From NCBI GenBank assembly GCA_001800285.1, contig MGVC01000005.1:18476-82475 (forward strand): a stretch of DNA of 64,000 nucleotides. The letters run 5' to 3'. The notes beneath the pieces are model-generated. The model ran no database searches, was not told the DNA's origin, and worked only from the letters and a program-made list of their open reading frames with translations. Positions 56,737 through 64,000 of the stretch are shown piece after piece. The number at the start of each line of letters is the position of its first letter. Within the stretch, counting starts at the first letter, position 1. A program made the translations under genes and the position numbers. The DNA is from Elusimicrobia bacterium RIFOXYA2_FULL_39_19. GTDB taxonomy: Bacteria > Elusimicrobiota > Endomicrobiia > CG1-02-37-114 > XYA2-FULL-39-19.

Positions 56737-57713
56737 AATTTAAAAACATTGCTATTATTACAGCCTTTATCACCGCGATTGTACTGCCCTTAATCATGCA
56801 GGCGTCAGCCAATTATTACGCCATACACGTGCTTGGGTTGCTGGGTATCTACGCTATATTGTGTGTCGGGCTTAATATTACTATAGGTTATACCGGCTTG
56901 CTGGATTTAGGGTTTATGGCATTCTATGCTATAGGCGCTTATATCGGAATAATTCTTAGTGCGAAGGGCATTTCATTCTGGTATATTATTCCTATCAGTC
57001 TGTTTATCGGCGGTACTTTTAGATATTTACTTGGCGCACCGGTATTACGTTTACGCGGTGATTATCTTGCCATAGTAACACTGGCGTTTGGTGAAATTAC
57101 CCGCCTACTATTAAACAACCTGGATTTTTTAACTAACGGGCCTAAAGGCCTGCCCCGCGTAGGTGAAACGGTTTTACCTATCAGTATTTTTTCCTTTACT
57201 TTAAGAAACGATATTCATTTCTACTACCTTATCGTATTTTTTCTGGCGCTTGCAATTATTGTCAGCTACCGGCTTGAGCACTCGCGCCTTGGCAGGGCGT
57301 TTGTAGCTATACGGGAAGATGAAACAGCCGCAGAACTTTCCGGCATAAACGTATCAAACACAAAACTGCTGGCTTTTGTAATAAGCGGTATGTTCGGCTC
57401 TCTGGCAGGAACCATTTACGCGCACTGGATAGGTTTTATTTCACCGGAATCTTTTACTTTCTGGGAATCCATATTTCTGGTGTGCATGCTGGTTATCGGC
57501 GGAATGGGCAGTATTTCTGGCGCCATACTGGGCGCCTTTATACTTGCCGGCATACCGGAATTTCTGCGTCCGGTGCTGGGCTCGGGTTTTATAGATTACA
57601 GAATGCTTATTTTCGGGCTGCTGCTTGTAGTTGTAATTATTTTCAGGCCCCAGGGTTTGCTTCCTTCAAAAAGAAGAAACCTGGAGTTGCGTATGAATAA
57701 AAACAGTGAATAA
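56733..57713 (+). CDS. livM: Branched-chain amino acid ABC transporter permease
   Basis: Polytopic protein with GYTGLLDLGFMAFYAIGAY, typical of LivM. It overlaps livH by 4 nt. Confidence 0.9.
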   Translation: MKFKNIAIITAFITAIVLPLIMQASANYYAIHVLGLLGIYAILCVGLNITIGYTGLLDLGFMAFYAIGAYIGIILSAKGISFWYIIPISLFIGGTFRYLLGAPVLRLRGDYLAIVTLAFGEITRLLLNNLDFLTNGPKGLPRVGETVLPISIFSFTLRNDIHFYYLIVFFLALAIIVSYRLEHSRLGRAFVAIREDETAAELSGINVSNTKLLAFVISGMFGSLAGTIYAHWIGFISPESFTFWESIFLVCMLVIGGMGSISGAILGAFILAGIPEFLRPVLGSGFIDYRMLIFGLLLVVVIIFRPQGLLPSKRRNLELRMNKNSE

Positions 57714-57727
57714 ATTATTTCAAACAC

Positions 57728-57794
57728 GGTGATTAGTGGTTACGTGATTAGTAACATCTTTGCTAATCACTTAAACACATAACCACTTTATTAG
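57728..57794 (+). repeat. Intergenic palindromic element E3 (livM-livG spacer)
   Basis: GGTGATTA GTGGTTAC GTGATTAG taacatctttg CTAATCAC ttaaa CACATAAC CAC. Confidence 0.65.
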
Positions 57795-57816
57795 AAATAA
57801 CCAGACTAATAACCTT

Positions 57817-58575
57817 ATGTTATTATCCATTAATTCAGTAAACAAACATTTTGGCGGATTAAGTGCACTTGCAGACATGAACATGTCTGCTGCCGATAAA
57901 GAAATTGTCGGACTTATCGGCCCCAACGGCGCTGGTAAAACTACGCTATTTAACGTAATTACCGGCGTATATCCTATTGATAGCGGTGAAATAGTATTTA
58001 AAAACAAAAATATTCACAACCATAAACCGCATAAAATAGTAAAAAACGGCATAGCCAGAACTTTCCAGAACATCCGCCTGTTTTCAAACATGACGGCCCT
58101 GGAAAATGTAATGGCTGGCAGGCACTGCCGCACCAAATCAGAACTTTTCCCGGCATTACTGCGCACAAAAGCGTTTTCAAAAGAAGAAAAAGAAATACAG
58201 GACTCTTCAAAAGAAATACTGGATTTCGTAGGGCTTCTTAAATCCGGCAATGAGCTGGCAAAAAACCTTGCTTATGGCCAGCAGAGGAAACTGGAAATTG
58301 CTCGCGCCCTGGCCACAAACCCGTCATTGCTTCTTTTAGATGAACCCACGGCGGGAATGAACCACAGCGAATGCAACGGTTTGATAGAACTTATATACAA
58401 AATCCGTGAAAAAAATACGGCTATCATAGTCATTGAACACCAGATGAACGTAATAATGAACATTTCTGATAAAATAGTTGTAATGGATTACGGTGAAAAA
58501 ATAGCAGAAGGCAGCCCCGCACAAATTCAGAAAAATCCGAAAGTTATAGAAGCGTATCTTGGCAGGAATAACTAA
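57817..58575 (+). CDS. livG: Branched-chain amino acid ABC transporter ATP-binding protein
   Basis: Walker A GPNGAGKTT, LAYGQQRKLEIARAL, Walker B LLLLDEP. Confidence 0.9.
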   Translation: MLLSINSVNKHFGGLSALADMNMSAADKEIVGLIGPNGAGKTTLFNVITGVYPIDSGEIVFKNKNIHNHKPHKIVKNGIARTFQNIRLFSNMTALENVMAGRHCRTKSELFPALLRTKAFSKEEKEIQDSSKEILDFVGLLKSGNELAKNLAYGQQRKLEIARALATNPSLLLLDEPTAGMNHSECNGLIELIYKIREKNTAIIVIEHQMNVIMNISDKIVVMDYGEKIAEGSPAQIQKNPKVIEAYLGRNN

Positions 58576-58578
58576 AAA

Positions 58579-58637
58579 GGTGGATAAGTGGTTGGTAACA
58601 CCTTAACTAACCACATAGTGACTAAACACTTAATCAC
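58579..58637 (+). repeat. Intergenic palindromic element E4 (livG-livF spacer)
   Basis: GGTGGATAA GTGGTTGG TAACACC TTAA CTAACCAC ATAGTGAC TAAACAC TTAATCAC. The 3' half is nearly identical to that of E5. Confidence 0.65.
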
Positions 58638-58661
58638 TATCTTAGGCATCAAAAAACAATT

Positions 58662-59384
58662 ATGGGAAATTATCTTTTAGAGATTCGGGACATTTATACT
58701 TACTACGATAAAATAGCCGCGCTTAAAGGCGTGTCTCTTAACCTGCAAAAGGGTGAGATAGTAGCCATTATCGGTGCCAACGGTGCCGGAAAAACCACGC
58801 TAATAAACACTATTTCAGGTTTAATTCATCCGGCACAGGGCCGGATATTATTTGAAAACAATGTAATCAGCGGTATGCCTGCATACAAAATTGCCCGTAA
58901 AGGCATAGTGCAAATACCGGAAGGGCGCAAGCTTTTTCCTAAACTAACTGTGCTTGAAAATATGGAGTTGGGCGCTTTTTCGCAGAATAATAAAAAAGAA
59001 ATAAATGAGAACATTGAAAAGATGTATGCTTTGTTTCCCATTTTAAAACAAAGAAGCAAACAGTATGCAGGCACCATGAGCGGCGGAGAACAGCAAATGC
59101 TGGCTCTGGCGCGCGGGCTTATGGCAAAACCGAAAGTCCTGCTAATTGATGAGCCGTCAATGGGACTGGCGCCCGTACTAGTAGAAAAAACTTTTCAGAT
59201 AATAAAAGAAATTAATGCGCAGGGCATAGCAATTCTGCTGGTTGAGCAAAATGCAAAAAAGTCCCTGGAAATTGCCAGCCGTGCCTATGTAATTGAAACA
59301 GGAAAGATAATAATGACTGATAACGCACATAAACTGCTTGAAAATGATATAATCAAAAAAGCTTACTTGGGTGAAATGCTTTAA
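58662..59384 (+). CDS. livF: Branched-chain amino acid ABC transporter ATP-binding protein
   Basis: Walker A GANGAGKTT, MSGGEQQMLALARGL, Walker B VLLIDEP. Confidence 0.9.
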   Translation: MGNYLLEIRDIYTYYDKIAALKGVSLNLQKGEIVAIIGANGAGKTTLINTISGLIHPAQGRILFENNVISGMPAYKIARKGIVQIPEGRKLFPKLTVLENMELGAFSQNNKKEINENIEKMYALFPILKQRSKQYAGTMSGGEQQMLALARGLMAKPKVLLIDEPSMGLAPVLVEKTFQIIKEINAQGIAILLVEQNAKKSLEIASRAYVIETGKIIMTDNAHKLLENDIIKKAYLGEML

Positions 59385-59397
59385 TTGGATAAAAACC

Positions 59398-59517
59398 GTG
59401 ATTAGGTGATTGCGGGTAGCACCCTTGTATCATCTAATAAAAGAAAAAATAAGGGTTACGTGGTTAGGTGTTTGGCAACACCTTAACTAACCACCTAATG
59501 ACTAAACACTTAATCAC
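59398..59517 (+). repeat. Intergenic palindromic element E5 (livF-nfeD spacer), composite
   Basis: GTGATTAG GTGATTGC GGGTAGCACCC ... GGGTTAC GTGGTTAG GTGTTTG GCAACACC TTAA CTAACCAC CTAATGAC TAAACAC TTAATCAC. The outer GTGATTAGGTGATT pairs with AAACACTTAATCAC. Confidence 0.65.
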
Positions 59518-59538
59518 TATTCCAGAAATGAGGTTGAA

Positions 59539-60876
59539 ATGAAAAAAATAACGTTTTTTGTTTGTTTTATCTTTAACTACTTACTACTTACCACTTCCGG
59601 ATTTTTGGTTTCCCAGCTTCACGCAGAAACCTACCTGATGGAAATTGACGGAATTATTAACCCTGTAGTAGCGGATTACATATCTGACGGGATGAAACAA
59701 ACCAAAGAAGGTGATACTGTAATAATCAGGATGAACACTCCCGGCGGTCTGATGGATTCCATGCAGCAGATAATAAAATCTATGCTTAATTCCCCTAATC
59801 CGGTAATAGTGTGGGTTGGCCCTCCCGGTTGCAGAGCGGCTTCAGCCGGTGTATTTATTACTATGGCAAGTGATATTGCCTGCATGGCTCCCGAAACAAA
59901 CATAGGGGCAGCACACCCCGTACAAATGGGCGGAGGCGGCACACCTGCGGCGCCCGGAGCAGAAAACAAAAAGAACCCTTCGCAGGATAAAATAATGGAA
60001 GGCAAAATTACTAATGACGCGGCAGCCTATATGCGCTCCATTGCCAGTGAAAAAAACCGCAACTGGCGCTGGGCAGAGTTATCCGTTACAAAAAGTTTGT
60101 CCATCACATCCCGCGAAGCTCTGGACAAAAAAGTAATTGAATATATTTTTTCTAATATGGATGATCTGCGCGCAAAACTTAACGGGAAAAAAATTAAAAA
60201 ACTTAAAAAAGAATTTAAAATAGATACAAAGAGTGAAATTATAAATATTCAAATGAAACCTTTTAAAAAATTCCTGAATATGATAGCACACCCGAATATT
60301 GCTTTCATTTTTCTCACTTTGGGTATCTACGGCCTTATTTATGAGTTTTCCTCACCTGGCATAGGGTTGGGCGCAATAGTAGGCGGCAGCTGCCTTATAC
60401 TTGCATTTTTTTCCATGCAGTTATTACCGGTAAACACAGCAGGACTGCTTATGCTGATACTGGGGCTTATACTTATGGCCATTGATGTGTTTAACCCTAC
60501 CGTTATTTTAACTATTGGCGGGATTGCTTCCTTTATAATGGGCGCATTAATGCTTTTTGATTTTCCCGGAAATTTTATTTCTGTTTCTTTGAGTCTTATC
60601 TTTACCGTTGCCCTTGTTACGGTACTGCTTTTTATATTTGTGCTGAGATCAATTGTAAAAGTACGCAAAACAAAAGTAACTACCGGCAAAGAAGGCCTGA
60701 TAGGTGAAAAAGGCATTGCTAAATCTGTTTTTAGCGGCGTAAATACCCGCGGTATGGTTTTTGTACAGGGAGAGCTGTGGAGTGCAGAGCTGACCGAACC
60801 CTCAGAAATAAAAGAGGGCGATACTGTAGAAGTAGTAAATGTAGAAAGCAATTTGTTAAAAATCAAGAAACCGTAA
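59539..60876 (+). CDS. nfeD: NfeD-family membrane-bound serine protease (ClpP-like N-domain, TM region, C-terminal OB domain)
   Basis: Signal/TM start, then INPVVADYI...RMNTPGGLMDSM...GCRAASAGVFI, central TM helices, and a C-terminal beta-rich tail, GELWSAE...GDTVEVVNVE. Confidence 0.8.
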   Translation: MKKITFFVCFIFNYLLLTTSGFLVSQLHAETYLMEIDGIINPVVADYISDGMKQTKEGDTVIIRMNTPGGLMDSMQQIIKSMLNSPNPVIVWVGPPGCRAASAGVFITMASDIACMAPETNIGAAHPVQMGGGGTPAAPGAENKKNPSQDKIMEGKITNDAAAYMRSIASEKNRNWRWAELSVTKSLSITSREALDKKVIEYIFSNMDDLRAKLNGKKIKKLKKEFKIDTKSEIINIQMKPFKKFLNMIAHPNIAFIFLTLGIYGLIYEFSSPGIGLGAIVGGSCLILAFFSMQLLPVNTAGLLMLILGLILMAIDVFNPTVILTIGGIASFIMGALMLFDFPGNFISVSLSLIFTVALVTVLLFIFVLRSIVKVRKTKVTTGKEGLIGEKGIAKSVFSGVNTRGMVFVQGELWSAELTEPSEIKEGDTVEVVNVESNLLKIKKP

Positions 60877-60883
60877 TACGGAA

Positions 60884-60933
60884 GTCGTCAGTGGTAAGTA
60901 ATTACTATTTACCACTTACAATTTACCATTCAC
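60884..60933 (+). repeat. Intergenic palindromic element E6 (nfeD-stomatin spacer), heptamer variant
   Basis: GTCGTCA GTGGTAA GTAATTA CTATTTA CCACTTA CAATTTA CCATTCA C. GTGGTAA pairs with TTACCAC. Confidence 0.55.
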
Positions 60934-60952
60934 GGCATTCAGGAGGTAAGAC

Positions 60953-61699
60953 ATGTTTTCAGGACCAAGTATTACATTAGTAATCATCGGCGTAATTATA
61001 CTGATGAATGCAGTACGCGTAGTAAATGAGTATGAAAGAGGTGTAATTTTCAGATTGGGCAGGTTAATTGGCGCAAAAGGCCCGGGTTTGTTTTTTCTTA
61101 TTCCTATTGTAGACAGAATGATAAAAATCAGCCTAAGAACAACCACTATGGACATCCCCACCCAGGAAGTTATTACCAAAGATAACGTGCCGGCTAAAGT
61201 AAATGCTGTTTGTTATTTCAGGGTTGTTGACCCTAATAAAGCAGTTGTAAGCATTGAAAATTATATTTATGGTACAAATCAAATTGCACAAACAACACTA
61301 AGAAGTGTTCTAGGCCAGGTAGAACTGGATACACTTTTAGGGGAAAGAGAACAGATTAACCTTAAACTTCAGCAGATTATTGATCAGCAGACTGAACCTT
61401 GGGGCATAAAGGTAAGCGTAGTTGAAGTTAAAGATGTGCAGATACCTGAACAAATGCAGAGAGCCATAGCCCGCCAGGCAGAAGCTGAAAGAGAAAGGCG
61501 TGCAAAAGTTATCAATGCTGAAGGCGAATTTCAGGCATCCACCAAACTGGCGGAAGCAGCGGAAATTATCGGCAAAAATCCGGCGGCTATCCAGCTAAGA
61601 TTTTTACAGACAGTTACTGAAGTTGCCTCAGAAAAAAGCACAACCCTGGTACTTCCTATACCAATAGACCTTTTAAAAGCTTTCACTGAAAAAAGATAA
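60953..61699 (+). CDS. SPFH/Band 7 stomatin-like protein (partner of NfeD)
   Basis: [31 protein letters not shown]...[20 protein letters not shown] and a coiled-coil C-terminus, [12 protein letters not shown]. Confidence 0.85.
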   Translation: MFSGPSITLVIIGVIILMNAVRVVNEYERGVIFRLGRLIGAKGPGLFFLIPIVDRMIKISLRTTTMDIPTQEVITKDNVPAKVNAVCYFRVVDPNKAVVSIENYIYGTNQIAQTTLRSVLGQVELDTLLGEREQINLKLQQIIDQQTEPWGIKVSVVEVKDVQIPEQMQRAIARQAEAERERRAKVINAEGEFQASTKLAEAAEIIGKNPAAIQLRFLQTVTEVASEKSTTLVLPIPIDLLKAFTEKR

Positions 61700-61733
61700 T
61701 TTTTCATATACACTATTTAAACAATTACTTTTC

Positions 61734-61760
61734 TCCCCTTGGGGGGATTTATACTATTTT
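61734..61760 (+). terminator. Candidate intrinsic terminator after the stomatin gene
   Basis: TCCCC-TTGG-GGGGA followed by TTTATACTATTTT. Confidence 0.4.
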
Positions 61761-61768
61761 AAAAACCT

Positions 61769-61795
61769 GATTCTGCCAATTACAATTGCAGAATC
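61769..61795 (+). promoter_or_regulatory. Inverted repeat upstream of pyk (operator or terminator-like)
   Basis: GATTCTGC-CAATTACAATT-GCAGAATC: 8 bp perfect arms around an internally palindromic centre. Confidence 0.35.
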
Positions 61796-61889
61796 TTCTG
61801 TTTGTTCCAGTTTTTCATACAGACATTTTAACATTTGGCAATATTTATAAATAATCTTATCTTATACATAAGTACAGGGACATAATAAA

Positions 61890-62894
61890 ATGGTCAAAAC
61901 AAAAATAGTTTGTACTATCGGACCGGCAAGCGAATCAAAGACAGTGCTGCGTAAAATGATGTTCATGGGCATGGATGTTGCCAGGCTGAATTTCTCGCAC
62001 GGTTCCCAGCAAGAACATAAAAAACGCATATTAACTATCAGAGATTTAAACAAAAAATACAGGCGCCATATACGAATATTACAGGACCTGGAAGGATTCC
62101 GTATCAGGGTAGGCAAATTAAAATACAGTCTTGATTTAAAAAGAAAAACTATAGTATATCTAGCTAAAAATAGCATTACCGGAAAAACAAATACTCTACC
62201 TTTTGATTATGAAGGTTCCCTGGCAGACATCCCCGTTAATAGCCAGATATTCATTGATGACGGAAATATTTCCTTGTTAGTAAAAGGAAGGACAAAAAAT
62301 CACTTAATAACAGAAGTTGTTATTCCCGGGATAGTAAAAGAACATAAAGGCATAAATATTCCCGGTGTGAACCTGAAATTTAAAGGACTTACAGATAAAG
62401 ATATTTATGATTTGAAATTTGGAATTGAAAACAAGGTGGATTATATTGCTCAATCGTTTGTCAGAAACAAGGAAGACATACTTCTGGTAAAAGAAGTGCT
62501 GGCTGATTATAAATTTAATTGTAAAGTTATAGCAAAAATAGAAAATCGTCAGGGCATAGATAATATTGATGAAATAATAAAAGTATCAGACGGTATAATG
62601 ATAGCCCGCGGAGACATGGGTGTTTCAATCCCGATATATCAGATACCTGTCGTACAGAAACAAATAATAAAAAAATGCAACCATGCCGGAAAATTCGTTA
62701 TTACCGCCACACAAATGCTTGAAAGCATGACAGAAAATAAAAGGCCTACCAGGGCAGAGGTTACCGATGTGGCCAACGCTGTTTTAGACGGCACTAACTT
62801 TGTAATGCTTTCAGCCGAAACCGCCTCCGGGAAAAACCCTGTTGAAACAGTAGATATGATGAACAAAATACTCAAGTTTACAGAAAATTCATAA
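61890..62894 (+). CDS. pyk: Pyruvate kinase, short form lacking the C-terminal (C) domain
   Basis: [57 protein letters not shown] and [14 protein letters not shown] are all present. The protein ends ~20 aa after the last motif, at 334 aa. Confidence 0.85.
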   Translation: MVKTKIVCTIGPASESKTVLRKMMFMGMDVARLNFSHGSQQEHKKRILTIRDLNKKYRRHIRILQDLEGFRIRVGKLKYSLDLKRKTIVYLAKNSITGKTNTLPFDYEGSLADIPVNSQIFIDDGNISLLVKGRTKNHLITEVVIPGIVKEHKGINIPGVNLKFKGLTDKDIYDLKFGIENKVDYIAQSFVRNKEDILLVKEVLADYKFNCKVIAKIENRQGIDNIDEIIKVSDGIMIARGDMGVSIPIYQIPVVQKQIIKKCNHAGKFVITATQMLESMTENKRPTRAEVTDVANAVLDGTNFVMLSAETASGKNPVETVDMMNKILKFTENS

Positions 62895-62919
62895 TGAATA
62901 AATATTAAGGAGGTAGTAT

Positions 62920-63810
62920 ATGGAAATCACACAAGTTTTGTATGTGGTTAGCTCTGTAGCAATTTTTATTTTTCTATTTGGTATCAGGATAGTCAGGCCT
63001 ACAAAAAGAGGTTTGATTGAAAGATTAGGGAAATACAACAGATTTGCTTACCCGGGATTTCAATGGATTATTCCAATAATTGACCACTTATACTATGTAA
63101 ATGTAACCGAGCAAATGGTAGATGCTGAACCGCAGGAAATTATAACCAATGACAATCTTAATGCCAGGGTGGATGCTCAGGTATATTTTAAAGTAAAACT
63201 CGATGAAGAAAGCGTAAAAAACTCTATTTACAATGTAAATGACTACTATTTCCAGATAGTGAATTTAGCCAGAACTACATTAAGAAATATCATAGGCACT
63301 CTAACTTTAAAATCTGCTAATAGTGAAAGAGGTAAAATCAATTCCGAACTTCATAAAATACTTCGTGAAGAAACAAAACTCTGGGGCATAGAGATAGTCC
63401 GTACAGAATTAAAAGAAATTGACCCTCCCAAAGATGTTCAGGAAACAATGAATAAAGTAGTTAAAGCAGAAAATGAAAAAATTGCCGCCATAGATTTTGC
63501 AACAGCCACAGAAACCGTTGCCGATGGCCAGAAAAGAGCTGAAATAAAAAAAGCAGAAGGCATTAAACAAGCCAGAATATTACAGGCCGAAGGTGAAGCT
63601 GAAGCAATAAGGTCAGTCAATGAAGCGGCAGAAAAATATTTTATTGGAAATGCACAAGTCCTTAGAAAGCTTGAAGCTGTAGAAAAATCTCTTGCAAATA
63701 ATGCAAAAGTTATTATCCCTTCAAATACCGAGCTGGTGAATGTAATAGGCGAGCTTGCGGGTGTATTGCCTTTAAAAATAGATAAAGACAAACCCTTTTC
63801 TACAAGGTAA
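62920..63810 (+). CDS. SPFH/Band 7 family protein (second paralog)
   Basis: N-terminal TM segment, then RGLIERLGKYNRFAYPGFQWIIPIIDH...TNDNLNARVDAQVYFKV, and a Glu/Ala/Lys-rich coiled-coil region. It has a strong RBS, AAGGAGG. Confidence 0.85.
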   Translation: MEITQVLYVVSSVAIFIFLFGIRIVRPTKRGLIERLGKYNRFAYPGFQWIIPIIDHLYYVNVTEQMVDAEPQEIITNDNLNARVDAQVYFKVKLDEESVKNSIYNVNDYYFQIVNLARTTLRNIIGTLTLKSANSERGKINSELHKILREETKLWGIEIVRTELKEIDPPKDVQETMNKVVKAENEKIAAIDFATATETVADGQKRAEIKKAEGIKQARILQAEGEAEAIRSVNEAAEKYFIGNAQVLRKLEAVEKSLANNAKVIIPSNTELVNVIGELAGVLPLKIDKDKPFSTR

Positions 63811-64000
63811 ATATAGTATTTCAAAACCAATATTCACCCTGATAATTATATTAAAGGTTCTTACCGCTAAATTGCAAATTCTTTTATTAAAAACCAAGCT
63901 TATAATTCTGCAGTGAAGCGGGTCTTTATAATCTATGGGGAAGTATAGGCATAGTTGTGGAAAGGTGTTCTATTTCAAGAATGCAGAAATATTTAAGAAT

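Noticed and set aside
54504-60933. CRISPR array as an explanation for the short repeats
   Set aside because: The units are 7-8 nt and directly tandem with no spacers. They form complementary arms, and each cluster is confined to one intergenic gap. No cas genes are present.
63944-64000. Possible start of an ORF (MGKYRHSCGKVFYFKNAEIFKN...) at the window end
   Set aside because: Only 19 codons are visible. It has no convincing RBS or promoter and no recognisable motif.

Overview
AT-rich bacterial chromosome segment, probably from an anaerobe. I saw no rRNA, tRNA, CRISPR array, transposase, integrase or phage gene. All calls come from reading the sequence and the ORF translations by eye; no searches were run.

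Gene content, left to right:
- 1-5999, minus strand: a dnaE fragment that is missing from the ORF track because it runs off the window edge, then a hydrogenase-maturation string hypA-hydG-hydE. The HydE here carries an N-terminal HypC-like domain.
- 6427-21427, minus strand: an operon for a 4244-aa secreted repeat protein with a T9SS-type C-terminal domain. It is translationally coupled to a PorV-like beta-barrel gene and followed by a small secreted protein. A sigma70-like promoter, a GEMM-I (c-di-GMP-I) riboswitch-like aptamer and an intrinsic terminator precede it.
- 21515-33490, minus strand: a 16-gene operon. It joins an AsrA/AsrB (sulfhydrogenase beta/gamma)-like NAD(P)H module, a HycB-like ferredoxin, a group 4 [NiFe] hydrogenase core and a complete Mrp antiporter module.
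- 33624-39687, minus strand: an HprK-like / PqqD / radical SAM-SPASM cassette co-transcribed with a GAF-ANTAR regulator, with an HD-GYP phosphodiesterase and a sensor kinase upstream.
- 39788-45465, minus strand: a sigma54-controlled cassette of an atypical ketosynthase, an ICMT-like methyltransferase, a ThiF-like E1 and a B12-radical SAM enzyme, next to its NtrC-type activator.
- 45659-63810, plus strand: housekeeping genes glmS, carA, the N-terminal half only of carB, purF, pyrG, livKHMGF, nfeD-stomatin, a short pyruvate kinase and a second SPFH gene.

A family of intergenic palindromes built from 7-8 nt tandem units (GTGRTTA / TAAYCAC) punctuates the liv-nfeD region.
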